A DNA stretch of 46,820 nucleotides from a virus. The notes beneath the pieces were generated by a model. That model was given only the letters and a program-made list of their open reading frames with translations. It was not told the origin of the DNA and did no database searches. Below, in pieces: positions 1 to 8,927 of the stretch (position 1 is its first letter; the number at the start of each line of letters is the position of its first letter). The stretch is taken from positions 1-46,820 of IMG/VR virus record IMGVR_UViG_3300002063_000002. One strand, 5' to 3'. A program made the translations under genes and the position numbers.

Positions 1-79
1 GTATTTAGTTAGTTGCTATATGGTATTTAGTTAGTTGCTATATGGTATTGAGTTAGTTGCTATATGGTATTTAGTTAAT
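1..79. repeat. 22-bp tandem direct repeat array, left part (unit GGTATTTAGTTAGTTGCTATAT); nt 1-46 duplicate nt 46775-46820
   Basis: Units read directly at 1-21 (first G missing), 22-43, 44-65 (one T>G change) and 66-79 (partial, then an A-run). Confidence 0.95.
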
Positions 80-80
80 T

Positions 81-103
81 AAAAAAAACCCACAAAGGGT
101 TTA
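81..103 (-). terminator. Rho-independent terminator-like hairpin for gene 101-592
   Basis: On the minus strand, stem 97-102/86-91 (AAACCC/GGGTTT) has a 5-nt loop and is followed by a T-run (complement of the A-run at 81-85). The gene's stop codon lies in the stem. Confidence 0.5.
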
Positions 104-592
104 ATATAAGTTTTTTAATATAAAATCAGGTGTAACATATCTCATTCTCATTTTTGTTGCATGAGAGAAATGATTGTATTTTTTTCTTTTTATCTCTACG
201 CACTTATTGATGTGTTTAGTATTCTCAGAATTGATACAGTCAATCCATAAATCTTCATCCCAGAGATAGAAGTCACATCGATGCTCTTCATCCCATAAAT
301 ATGGTCTCTGGGGGTGTATACCCTTTGGATCATATTTGGTACATAGTAAATCGTAGAATTCTTTTTCAAACATGAGTGATTGTTTCCTGATATCTTTCCA
401 TACTTCACCTCGGTAGTTCTGTCGGTACTCTATTCCTAGATCTTTATACATGTTCGCAATACCACCCCATCGTCTTTGAATAGTCTTTACACTAAAACTC
501 ATCTGGTCAAGCTCAGTAGTTTTTGGGTACCGGCCATGTTGTTTAAAAAAATCTTGTATTTCTGTTTTAATTTGTTTGTTTTGTATTGTCAT
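101..592 (-). CDS. Free-standing endonuclease-like protein (homing-endonuclease-associated N-terminal repeat plus Vsr/DUF559-type PD-(D/E)xK-like C-terminal core)
   Basis: 163 aa. The N-terminus FFKQHGRYPKTTEL...TIQRRWGGIANMYKDLG looks like the repeat found on HNH/homing endonucleases. The C-terminus EKEFYDLL...HPQRPY...CDFYLWDEDLWIDC fits the E..F..L...Q...DF...I(D/E) nuclease core. Motif match by eye only. Confidence 0.5.
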   Translation of the reverse strand: MTIQNKQIKTEIQDFFKQHGRYPKTTELDQMSFSVKTIQRRWGGIANMYKDLGIEYRQNYRGEVWKDIRKQSLMFEKEFYDLLCTKYDPKGIHPQRPYLWDEEHRCDFYLWDEDLWIDCINSENTKHINKCVEIKRKKYNHFSHATKMRMRYVTPDFILKNLY

Positions 593-594
593 GA

Positions 595-613
595 CGCAAG
601 TATACTACTTGCG
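595..613. promoter_or_regulatory. 19-bp perfect palindrome CGCAAGTA-TAC-TACTTGCG in the divergent promoter region
   Basis: Read directly. It lies 3 nt from the start of the minus-strand gene and 66 nt upstream of the 679 gene. A third GCAAGT half-site follows at about 625, and TCAACTA occurs twice at about 645-660. Confidence 0.4.
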
Positions 614-678
614 ACATTTTAATGCAAGTGGTGGATAGTATATTGTCAACTATCAACTATGCATGATAGAATCGAGAA

Positions 679-1278
679 ATGAAGAAAAAGCTAGATGATC
701 ATGTAACCACAGAAAAAGCAGCTAGAGCTGTAGATGCTGCTGCGCCTATATCTCGAGAGCAAAAGATAATGAAACAGATGGAGTATGAGCTCAAAGATAA
801 ATTGTCAGCTTTTACGAAGGAATATGGTTTGGCGGATGAGCCTAAGGTTGTGTCGGCTATTTTGAGAATATATGATCATGTGGTGACGGAGGGGATGAAC
901 TTGGCGGAGGCTATTGAATATCAGACCTTGCGTTCTGCGGAGCCGGTGAAGGTTGATAAATATGTGAACGATCCCGATAAGTATCCTATGATTGCTGAGC
1001 TTTTTCGTTTAGGTGAGCTTGATTACAAGAGATCTTTGATGAGGCGTACGGGGGTGAGTGAGAAGACTGCTCACTCTATCCTTGAGGCACGATATCCTGA
1101 GGAGTATGGGACTAATAAGAAGAATTCTGGTTCAAGTGACGTTGGAGAAGCTATGGGTGCTCTCAAGGGTATTTTTGAGCTTATTCAAGGTCAGCAAGAA
1201 CCTATGCATTTGACGGCCAAGAAGGTGAAGGTGATAGATGTTGATCCTAATCTCGCATTAATAGATAAGGCCTTATAA
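679..1278 (+). CDS. Putative terminase small subunit
   Basis: 199 aa, immediately upstream of the large terminase (4-nt gap). HTH-like segment MRRTGVSEKTAHSIL. The call rests on position. Confidence 0.5.
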   Translation: MKKKLDDHVTTEKAARAVDAAAPISREQKIMKQMEYELKDKLSAFTKEYGLADEPKVVSAILRIYDHVVTEGMNLAEAIEYQTLRSAEPVKVDKYVNDPDKYPMIAELFRLGELDYKRSLMRRTGVSEKTAHSILEARYPEEYGTNKKNSGSSDVGEAMGALKGIFELIQGQQEPMHLTAKKVKVIDVDPNLALIDKAL

Positions 1279-1282
1279 AATT

Positions 1283-2818
1283 ATGTCTGAAGAATTTACA
1301 AAACAGCAACTCGAGGACCTACAGGTTAAGTTGCAGGATAAATGGTGGCGACTAAATAACCTATATAAGATTCGTGATAAGTTTGGTAACTTGGTGCGGT
1401 TTCAGCCGAACAAATATCAGACGCATTTCTACCAGAACCTGCACACGAAGAATGTGATTGTGAAAGCTCGTCAGTTGGGATTTTCGACAATGACTTGTGC
1501 TGTATTTTTGGATGAGGTTTTATTTAATAACAACAAAGCGGCGGTGATCATTACTCACAAGGCAGAGAGTGCTCGTGAGTTGTTTCGTGACAAGGTGAAG
1601 GTGATGTATAACTCTATCGATCCTCAGATCCAGCAACTTATTGGTAAGTTGGAATCGGAGACGACTGAGCAGATTCTTTTTGATAATGGTAGCTCTATTA
1701 TGGTGTCGGCCAGTGCGCGTTCTGCGACAGCGAACTTGCTGATGGTGTCCGAGCTTGGGTATACATCTAAGTATTACCCTGGTAAGGCAGCAGAGATTGT
1801 TTCTGGAGCCATGAATGCCATTCACTTTGAAGAGGACCAGGGAAACATGTTGATCATTGAATCGACAGCTGCGGGATCCGGAGAAGGGAATCACTTCTTC
1901 CGAATTGCCAAGACAGCACAGCAGTTAAAACTTGCATTGAAAAAATTGTCAGTGAACCAGTACAAGCTACACTTCTATCCGTGGTGGGTGGTGGATGAAT
2001 ACAAAGACGATAGTGATGTTGTCATAAACTCAACGACCATGAAATATTTTGATGCTTTATCATCGAAGTTGGGGGTCGTTCTCAGTGATGCACAGAAACG
2101 GTGGTATCAGAATAAAAAAGAAGAAGGTGGTGAGAGTATGTTTGAAGAGTTCCCTAGTACTATGCAAGAGGCCTTCAATGCCCCAGTTCAGGGTGGGTGG
2201 TATACCAATGAGATGAACCGAGTGTTTACTGAGCAGCGAGTGAAGACTCTGCACTACAACGACCAGTACTATGTAGATACATGGTGGGACATCGGTTACA
2301 ACGATGAGAATACGATTGTATTTACTCAAACCATTAACGGGGTGATTAAGGTGATCGACTATTATGAAAACTCACAGCATGGGTTTGAGCACTATGCCAA
2401 AGTTTTAGAAGAAAAAGAATATCGATATAATGCTCATCACTTACCTTGGGATGTTGAGAAACACGAGATTGGATCTGGGCGTACCTTGAAGCACCGCCTT
2501 ATTGAATTGGGGTTACGGAATATCCGTGTGGCACCTCAGATTAAAGTTACTGCGGGTATTGAGATGGTGCGTAAATTATTTAGAAGGTTTGAGTTTGATG
2601 AAGAGAAATGTAACTTACTGGTTGAGTCGCTAGTTGCTTATCGTAAGGCCTATAACAAAAAAACAGGTATGTTCATGGATGCTCCTGTCCATGATATTCA
2701 CTCCCACCGATGTGATGCGATTCGTGTGCTTGGGGCGCTGTGGCGAGAAGGGGATGGACACGTAACTGTGGGTGAGGACAAGCGTAAGAAAATGAAGGTT
2801 GAAAGTGTTTACGGTTAA
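1283..2818 (+). CDS. terL: Terminase large subunit (ATPase plus RNaseH-like nuclease)
   Basis: 511 aa. Walker A-like VKARQLGFSTM, Walker B-like LLMVSELG, coupling motif IIESTAAG. Nuclease acidic motifs are WWDIGYND, HHLPWD and HSHRCDAIR. Lies directly upstream of the portal gene. Confidence 0.85.
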   Translation: MSEEFTKQQLEDLQVKLQDKWWRLNNLYKIRDKFGNLVRFQPNKYQTHFYQNLHTKNVIVKARQLGFSTMTCAVFLDEVLFNNNKAAVIITHKAESARELFRDKVKVMYNSIDPQIQQLIGKLESETTEQILFDNGSSIMVSASARSATANLLMVSELGYTSKYYPGKAAEIVSGAMNAIHFEEDQGNMLIIESTAAGSGEGNHFFRIAKTAQQLKLALKKLSVNQYKLHFYPWWVVDEYKDDSDVVINSTTMKYFDALSSKLGVVLSDAQKRWYQNKKEEGGESMFEEFPSTMQEAFNAPVQGGWYTNEMNRVFTEQRVKTLHYNDQYYVDTWWDIGYNDENTIVFTQTINGVIKVIDYYENSQHGFEHYAKVLEEKEYRYNAHHLPWDVEKHEIGSGRTLKHRLIELGLRNIRVAPQIKVTAGIEMVRKLFRRFEFDEEKCNLLVESLVAYRKAYNKKTGMFMDAPVHDIHSHRCDAIRVLGALWREGDGHVTVGEDKRKKMKVESVYG

Positions 2819-2833
2819 GTGTAATATAGGGGT

Positions 2834-4870
2834 ATGAAACAAACTGGTTATTCTGATATTGCAGCTATCGCGCACGACAATCCTAAGATTGATAATGACG
2901 GCCTGCAGAAGTACGTAGGGTCCATGTATAAAATGTTAGTAGATGCGAGAACTGAGCGTGAGCAAGCACGGCCTCTGTTTGGTAACCTATCATTTTCTGA
3001 ATATGTACAGCGTAATGAAGAATTGGCTAACACTATTATTTACGGGTACAAGGACAAGGATGGAAAGATGACTAAGGACAAGACTGCTCGTGAATTTGCG
3101 ATGGGTACTCTTGAAAATAAAATGGAAGCGGTACTTGCTAATGTGGATAAACTAGGTCTTGGTATTGACGTGGAGTCTTTTGACGAAGATAATAATCGTG
3201 ATGCAAGATTGGAGAAAGTGTTTGAGGATTCGATTTTTGAATCGAGACGTCAGGAGCCTTCTGACAATATGGGTTATGATTTTAAAAGACGTATGCACCA
3301 ACTTGAAATGCTCAAGCAGGGTATTGTTATTGTGTATGATGAATGGACTAAAAAATATCAAACTCAAAAAGAAACAAAGGAAGGAGATTCTCGATATACT
3401 TTTTCATTAGAACCTGAGATGGTGGTTAAACAAAGTAAGGCATACGAGTGTGCTAAAACTACAATGCTTAATCCTCGTGCAGTTTACTTTATGAATATTA
3501 ATACTATGTATGTTCACGAACAGCCTGGTATTTTCTTTGCTGTAAAATTGAACTACAAAACTGCTCGATCAAAGTACGGTAAATTTGATAACTGGAAGTA
3601 TGTGAAAAAAGGTCAGTCGTCTGGAATGAATGCTGAACACACAGGTGACTTAGCATCTTTATATGAACACACTGGATTCCGATTTTCGGATGATCTTGGT
3701 GAAGACGAAGTGGAAGTAGTGACATATATGTCAGATAAATTCCATGACAATGAATATCAGATGTTTATTAACGGTATCCCGATGTACGCAAAAGGATTCC
3801 CAATGACGAACATTATTCCTGATGGTGAGTACCCAATTGCTGTAGGTCGACTTGGTTCTACTACCAACTTTATGTATGGTAAATCTTTTGTGACTCGTGG
3901 TTCCGTTCAGGCGTTGTCGGAAGTGTCTGATGTGTTCATTAACTTGATGGTTAGAAAAGGGCGGCGATCAATTGACCGACCGTATGCTAATTTATCGAAT
4001 CAATATGTCACACCTGATGTTCTTGATCCTGGGTCACTAGTGCATGGATTTGATCCATCAGTTCTAGTACCTATTGGAGAGGTTGGAAATGGTGTTACTT
4101 CGGGAGAATTTGCATTGTGGGACCGAATGCAAAATCTTATTGAGAACAACACGGTGTCTTCTGTATTCCAAGGGCAAGAAGGTCAGACTGAAAAGACAGC
4201 GACTGAGGTTGCTGAGTTGCGAGAAAAAGCAGGGCTTGCTTTGCGTTTGATTATTGCTTCATGTTGTGATTTTGAGGTTCAACTGGGTTACTTGCGATTG
4301 CGATTAATTTCTGAGCATTGGTTTAAGCCTGTTCGTGACAAACCTGTTGGGGGAACGATTGGATCACGATATCGAAATACATCACGTAAAGGAGCGTTGT
4401 CTGGAGAAAAAGGATATGGAATTAGACGTGTTGTGGTTGCTGATGAATTACCGGATCCAGATTCAGTAGCGAAACTAGAAGCTTTGATGGGTGAAGATAC
4501 TCAAGAAGAGGTTGAGGTAATTGTGGTGAAAGCATCTGAGTTAAAAAATATTAAGCGGCGATGGTACATTGTGTGTAACCCTCAAGCTAAAAAAGGAGAC
4601 GCATTTGATAAAGCAGAATTTAGAGAGGAACTTGCTGACTTGCAAGCTTTGGCTGGGCTTGGACTACCTATTAATATGGAAGGAATTATGGCGAAAGCTT
4701 CTCGGGCGTACGAAACATCTACTAAAAAGTTATTTAAACAACAGTCGGGCGCAGCACCTACTTTACCTGGACCAGAACAATTAGCAGAACCAGGTCCTAG
4801 TCCTGGAGGTCGCTCAAATACACCAGGTGCACCGAGTGCGTCTACTGGTGGAGCAGCATTACAAGCTTAA
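2834..4870 (+). CDS. Portal protein
   Basis: 678 aa, directly downstream of terL. Size and position are typical. Low-complexity Pro/Gly/Ser C-terminal tail. Confidence 0.7.
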   Translation: MKQTGYSDIAAIAHDNPKIDNDGLQKYVGSMYKMLVDARTEREQARPLFGNLSFSEYVQRNEELANTIIYGYKDKDGKMTKDKTAREFAMGTLENKMEAVLANVDKLGLGIDVESFDEDNNRDARLEKVFEDSIFESRRQEPSDNMGYDFKRRMHQLEMLKQGIVIVYDEWTKKYQTQKETKEGDSRYTFSLEPEMVVKQSKAYECAKTTMLNPRAVYFMNINTMYVHEQPGIFFAVKLNYKTARSKYGKFDNWKYVKKGQSSGMNAEHTGDLASLYEHTGFRFSDDLGEDEVEVVTYMSDKFHDNEYQMFINGIPMYAKGFPMTNIIPDGEYPIAVGRLGSTTNFMYGKSFVTRGSVQALSEVSDVFINLMVRKGRRSIDRPYANLSNQYVTPDVLDPGSLVHGFDPSVLVPIGEVGNGVTSGEFALWDRMQNLIENNTVSSVFQGQEGQTEKTATEVAELREKAGLALRLIIASCCDFEVQLGYLRLRLISEHWFKPVRDKPVGGTIGSRYRNTSRKGALSGEKGYGIRRVVVADELPDPDSVAKLEALMGEDTQEEVEVIVVKASELKNIKRRWYIVCNPQAKKGDAFDKAEFREELADLQALAGLGLPINMEGIMAKASRAYETSTKKLFKQQSGAAPTLPGPEQLAEPGPSPGGRSNTPGAPSASTGGAALQA

Positions 4871-4880
4871 GCAATAATTT

Positions 4881-5333
4881 ATGCTAGATAAAATTAAACA
4901 GTTGTTGAATGTAAGAATTTATATTCGAATGGATGGTCCACCTGCTGACGGTGACCAAAGTTCAGAAAGAGTAACTCTTGATTCTTTTGATAAGATGGAG
5001 TTAAATAATCGCAGAAAGCAAGCTAATATAACTCGTACTGCGTTTATGGTTATGGAAACATCAACCTCAGACATTACACCTAAAGACCAGGATGAGCGCA
5101 TAGAATATGTTGGTCGTGTGGCAGACTACTATCGAGATATTGGTCAACAGCAAATAAAGCAGGTATACAACAATATAATGTTCCAGTTAGAGAAGCCAGA
5201 CAATTCTTCTCAAATGGATGCAACATTAAAAGGTTGTCTTATGGGCCTTAGAGCAATGGACAAAAATTATAAAATCCTTGTGGCCGAAAATAATGGTTAC
5301 AAATTTAATCAAACACAAAATGCACAAAATTAA
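4881..5333 (+). CDS. Hypothetical protein (head module)
   Basis: 150-aa ORF starting 11 nt after the portal stop. Confidence 0.6.
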   Translation: MLDKIKQLLNVRIYIRMDGPPADGDQSSERVTLDSFDKMELNNRRKQANITRTAFMVMETSTSDITPKDQDERIEYVGRVADYYRDIGQQQIKQVYNNIMFQLEKPDNSSQMDATLKGCLMGLRAMDKNYKILVAENNGYKFNQTQNAQN

Positions 5334-5928
5334 AGTTCCAGGAGAAAATGGTGAATTGACAGAAATTGAAATTCCAACAGCAGAAGACTTTGCTCCTATT
5401 TTAGCGGCAGCTGATTCTATGAAAGCAGTCACTGAATCTGTAAAAGCGTTAGAAGAAAAATCTAAGGCTCAAGAAGAAGAAAAGGAAAAGGAAAAGGAGG
5501 GAGCAGATAAGGAAAAGGAAGGGGTAGATAAGGAAAAGGAAGGGGTAGATAAGGATAAGGTAGAAAAAACTCCAGACGAAATTTTTGATGAACGAAGAGC
5601 AGCTGAAAAAAAAGAAGCTGTGGACAAGAAAGTGGAAAAGTTAATAACTGAAAAAACAGGTGGAAATGCTGAGCTTGCTGAAATGATGAAGATCAAAATT
5701 GCAGGATTTAAAGACCCTGCAGATATTGATGATGTTGATGGTCTTATTGAAAATGCGTACCAATTACTAGAAAAAGATGAAGATGCTGCAGAGCATATTG
5801 CTGCGTTAGATACTGATGGTCAAGACAAAGCACCTGATGCTGGAGCACCTAATTCTTACGGGCTAAATGATGTCGACTCGATGAAACAGTTTGGGTTAAC
5901 TCCGGAAGATTTTAAAAATCACGGATAA
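5320..5928 (+). CDS. Scaffolding-like acidic coiled-coil protein
   Basis: Very charged (KEKEGVDKEKEGVDKDK, EE/KK runs) and lies between portal and capsid genes. Start chosen at ATG 5320 (MHKIKVPGENG), overlapping the previous stop by 14 nt. In-frame ATGs at 5278 and 5293 are alternatives. Confidence 0.5.
   Translation: MHKIKVPGENGELTEIEIPTAEDFAPILAAADSMKAVTESVKALEEKSKAQEEEKEKEKEGADKEKEGVDKEKEGVDKDKVEKTPDEIFDERRAAEKKEAVDKKVEKLITEKTGGNAELAEMMKIKIAGFKDPADIDDVDGLIENAYQLLEKDEDAAEHIAALDTDGQDKAPDAGAPNSYGLNDVDSMKQFGLTPEDFKNHG
5506..5562 (+). repeat. 21-bp in-frame tandem repeat GATAAGGAAAAGGAAGGGGTA (2 copies plus a partial) inside the scaffolding-like gene
   Basis: Copies at 5506-5526 and 5527-5547, then a degenerate third. 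They encode DKEKEGV repeats. Confidence 0.85.
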
Positions 5929-5940
5929 TAATAAATAACT

Positions 5941-6513
5941 ATGAATGATACAACAAATTTAATGGGTGGTAACCGAGTAGATGAACTTGGAAACCCAATT
6001 AGTATTCAACTACCTTCTGATGATATTTTGCAAGAAGATGTGTTAGAAGAAACTACTCAACCTGCGCCAGCGGGAATGGAGGGTTGGCCCCAAGCTGCAA
6101 TTGATGCTGTTATGGGTCTTTCTGAAAAAATGGAAGTTTTGTCTTCTGCTGTAGACCCAGATCGTTTAGCTAAAGCAAGTCGAGACAAACAAGCAGAAAA
6201 TGGAATCTTAGCTACTGTAGGTCTTTCTCTTTTTGATAATCGAGTATTGGTATCTGGTGTATTTAAGGGAAACGAATCTTTTGTAGATGATCTTGGTGTA
6301 AACCGAGTTCGTCAAATTCGTACTTACCAAGCTGCTAAAGACATGAAAGATGTAGTAGCTATGGATATTGCAAGTGACGTATTTCGAGAAACTCGAGAGG
6401 TGGTTCAAGCGGAAGTTATTGAAGAAGCAAATGGTGTCCATGGTAAGTTCCTTGTTGTAAAACTACCAGACGGTCGGGAAATTAAAATTGATCCAGAAAT
6501 GGTTAACATCTAA
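5941..6513 (+). CDS. Hypothetical protein (head module)
   Basis: 190-aa ORF with a tight junction to its neighbours. Confidence 0.65.
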   Translation: MNDTTNLMGGNRVDELGNPISIQLPSDDILQEDVLEETTQPAPAGMEGWPQAAIDAVMGLSEKMEVLSSAVDPDRLAKASRDKQAENGILATVGLSLFDNRVLVSGVFKGNESFVDDLGVNRVRQIRTYQAAKDMKDVVAMDIASDVFRETREVVQAEVIEEANGVHGKFLVVKLPDGREIKIDPEMVNI

Positions 6514-6517
6514 TAAT

Positions 6518-7012
6518 ATGAATCCAACACAATTATATTACGGGCTTAATCCTGTAACTGAAACTAAAGATACTGGTCGTACAACAATGACTGGTGAAAA
6601 AATATTTGTAATTACACACGTTGATGAACACAAAAACGTAGACAAGAAATTAATGTCTGAAACATCAAAGTCTATTCTACTTTCTGAATCACCTCGAGAA
6701 TATGGAGAGATGGCACGGGCTCGTAATGAACTTATTGAAAAAGATATCTTAATGGTTCTTTCTCGTTACGGAGTTACTGTGCATGAAATGTCTGCTGTAG
6801 TTGAAGGTGTAAAAGATGCTGTGGCTGCACAAAAAAATCATGCTGATTTCCTAAAATGGGATAAAGATGATCTTGTGTATGTTCCAGGGATTACACACGA
6901 AATGGATGTAATGATTGATGATGTAATTGCAATTAATAATGCTTATGAAAAAGACAAAGCTGACCAAGGAGTTAAAGACACCGTTGACGAGTCACGAGAA
7001 GCAACTGCTTAA
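6518..7012 (+). CDS. Hypothetical protein (head module)
   Basis: Start taken at ATG 6518 (MNPTQLYYG), giving the genome-typical TAA-TAAT-ATG junction after the 6513 stop. The ORF-track start at 6488 would overlap the previous gene. Confidence 0.65.
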   Translation: MNPTQLYYGLNPVTETKDTGRTTMTGEKIFVITHVDEHKNVDKKLMSETSKSILLSESPREYGEMARARNELIEKDILMVLSRYGVTVHEMSAVVEGVKDAVAAQKNHADFLKWDKDDLVYVPGITHEMDVMIDDVIAINNAYEKDKADQGVKDTVDESREATA

Positions 7013-7235
7013 TCTGATTGATAACGAAGTCCCTTACGGGGAAATTGAGTTATGCATGAAAGAAGGGACTCCTATGCGTGTTGTTCAAAAAACTCGTATA
7101 CATGATGTAAAAAATCATGATGACCTCATTGATGTATTGCGAAATAGATTGCGTTACGGAAATATTACTATTAAAACTCATGACGGTAGTGCTCGTAGAA
7201 TTGTCGAGACCACTACGTACTTGCGCAGTAAATAG
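6927..7235 (+). CDS. Small protein with two tandem YezD/DUF2292-like motifs (start uncertain)
   Basis: LIDNEVPYGEIELCMKEGTPMRVVQKTRI and LRNRLRYGNITIKTHDGSARRIVETTTYL both fit the YG.I.I..H.G....IE.T pattern. All upstream ATGs (6927, 6939, 6945) lie inside the previous gene in the +1 frame. Confidence 0.45.
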   Translation: MQLIMLMKKTKLTKELKTPLTSHEKQLLNLIDNEVPYGEIELCMKEGTPMRVVQKTRIHDVKNHDDLIDVLRNRLRYGNITIKTHDGSARRIVETTTYLRSK

Positions 7236-7271
7236 TTCTGGTATATACTGAAGGGGTAAAGTACTCCTACC

Positions 7272-7339
7272 AAAAACAGGCGGAGGAATTACAAAGTAAA
7301 CACTATGTGTTTTCTGAGTAGTTCCCCGCCTGTTTTTTG
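7272..7339 (+). terminator. Long GC-rich hairpin followed by a T-run (terminator or attenuator-like)
   Basis: AAAAACAGGCGG (7272-7283) pairs perfectly with CCGCCTGTTTTT (7326-7337) and extends with GG/CC and AA/TT. An inner hairpin is AAACAC/GTGTTT. The T-run ends at 7338. Confidence 0.5.
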
Positions 7340-7342
7340 TTA

Positions 7343-7396
7343 GTTTCAGAGGGGAGTGGTTATGTATCTAGCGCATGACCTCTCCTCCCCTGAAAC
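7343..7396 (+). other. Second long imperfect hairpin upstream of the decoration/capsid genes
   Basis: GTTTCAG(A)GGG...CCCCTGAAAC is the outer stem and GGTTATG/CATGACC the inner stem, with loop TATCTAGCG. No T-run follows. Confidence 0.45.
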
Positions 7397-7437
7397 CTAA
7401 CAAGGGTGCAGGTAATTATTAATTAATCACAAATTCT

Positions 7438-7809
7438 ATGTTTTTAAAACGAGATGTGACTTCAAAAGCTCTTGAGTTCCCAGTGAAAGCAGGAGAAACC
7501 ATTAATCATGGTGATGTAGTTGTGGTAGATGGTGCAGAAATTGCAGCAGCTACTAACGCAACTACATCAGCTGAAACCCTTGGTGTTGCTATGGCCGATG
7601 TTGAAACTGCGGTTGCAGGAGACAAAATCATGGTTGAACTGCCTATTGAAAAGTTTACTCTTTTCAAGGCAGATACCAATGGTGCAACTACAATGTTTGC
7701 AAAACTAGCACTAGTTGATGCAAAAACTGTAGATGCTGGAACAGCTGGAACAGCTGTGATGGTTGTACGACCTCTTGACGATGAGTCAGCTGAGGTAGTA
7801 TTTATTTAA
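7438..7809 (+). CDS. Putative head decoration / DUF2190-like protein
   Basis: 123 aa, Ala/Val/Gly/Thr-rich, immediately upstream of the major capsid gene. GDVVVVDG...LGVAM pattern. Confidence 0.5.
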   Translation: MFLKRDVTSKALEFPVKAGETINHGDVVVVDGAEIAAATNATTSAETLGVAMADVETAVAGDKIMVELPIEKFTLFKADTNGATTMFAKLALVDAKTVDAGTAGTAVMVVRPLDDESAEVVFI

Positions 7810-7827
7810 TAACTTAACGAAAATACT

Positions 7828-8838
7828 ATGAGTAAATTTACTGTATTCTCAACGGGCGCAATGAAAGACATTGTTCGAAACGCGGAAGTGCTTTTCAACA
7901 AATCTAAAGCTTCTATTGCTCCTGTAATCCGTAACTCAGGACTTGTGCGTGTAATGGATATTCCAGACATGTCAGGTCGTGAACGAGAGTTCTCTGAAGT
8001 AGACGGTCAGCTGTACGCTCCGAAAAAACGAGAGCATGAAGCTGCTAAGAAACGTGAAAACGTTCAAGGATTTACTAAAATTGGTTACCTTAACCGATTT
8101 GGTGATGAAACTGATATCACGTTTGAGGCCCGAAAATGGGGAAAATATCCTGAAATTATGAACGGGATTAAATCTCTAGGTAAAACTATTGTTAATCGAC
8201 TTGAGCTTGATGGTCAACACCGAATTGGATTTGGTCACGAAACATCTTATGTTGATTACGATGGTGACACAGTTGACGTAACTGTTGGAGATGGTTTGTC
8301 ATTGTTTAATACTCTTCACCGATTGAAAGGTACTACAAAAACTTACCGAAATACTCTTAACGGTAACGCACCACTTTCTATTTCTTCACTTGAAGCAATG
8401 GAAAAAATGCGTAAAGAAAATGCTGTTAACCAGTTTGGAGAAAAAATTACTCAAGGTGATGATATTCTTTGGACAACTGATGATCCAGCAACTACTAATG
8501 AAGCTCGGAACATTCTACGTTCTACAGCTCGACCAGAAGTTGATTTCTCAGCAGGTGTTTACAACTCTTATCAAGGGAAATACAAACACGTTGAACTTCC
8601 ATTAATTGCGACTGATGCCAAAGGTACTCATGACACAACTAAAGCGAAGTACTGGGGTGTTGCGAATTCTGACATGACTACTCTTTACTTGGGTATCAAC
8701 GAAGAACCGCACATGAAGAAACCAGAGAAAGAGGAGGACTTCCACACAGATACTATTACACTTGGTGCTCGAGGAGCATGGATGTATGTAACTGTTGGAG
8801 CCAACTGGATCGCTGCTTCAAAAGGAGACAACTCATAA
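7828..8838 (+). CDS. Major capsid protein (HK97-fold size class)
   Basis: 336 aa in the expected position after the scaffold and decoration genes. Preceded by a structured leader and followed by a hairpin. Confidence 0.7.
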   Translation: MSKFTVFSTGAMKDIVRNAEVLFNKSKASIAPVIRNSGLVRVMDIPDMSGREREFSEVDGQLYAPKKREHEAAKKRENVQGFTKIGYLNRFGDETDITFEARKWGKYPEIMNGIKSLGKTIVNRLELDGQHRIGFGHETSYVDYDGDTVDVTVGDGLSLFNTLHRLKGTTKTYRNTLNGNAPLSISSLEAMEKMRKENAVNQFGEKITQGDDILWTTDDPATTNEARNILRSTARPEVDFSAGVYNSYQGKYKHVELPLIATDAKGTHDTTKAKYWGVANSDMTTLYLGINEEPHMKKPEKEEDFHTDTITLGARGAWMYVTVGANWIAASKGDNS

Positions 8839-8842
8839 TTTG

Positions 8843-8888
8843 TCATCTCACTCTGCTCACCAACCGTTTGGTTGGGAGGCAGAGATGA
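8843..8888 (+). terminator. Imperfect stem-loop just after the capsid gene (partial terminator or RNA-stability element)
   Basis: TCATCTC...CCAACC-GTTT-GGTTGG...GAGATGA. No clear T-run follows. Confidence 0.35.
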
Positions 8889-8927
8889 TATTGCAAAATA
8901 TCTTATTACCAATATCCATTCATCTTT

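Noticed and set aside
1-79. A CRISPR-like array at the window ends.
   Set aside because: The 22-bp units abut directly with no spacers, and no cas genes are present. It is a simple tandem repeat.
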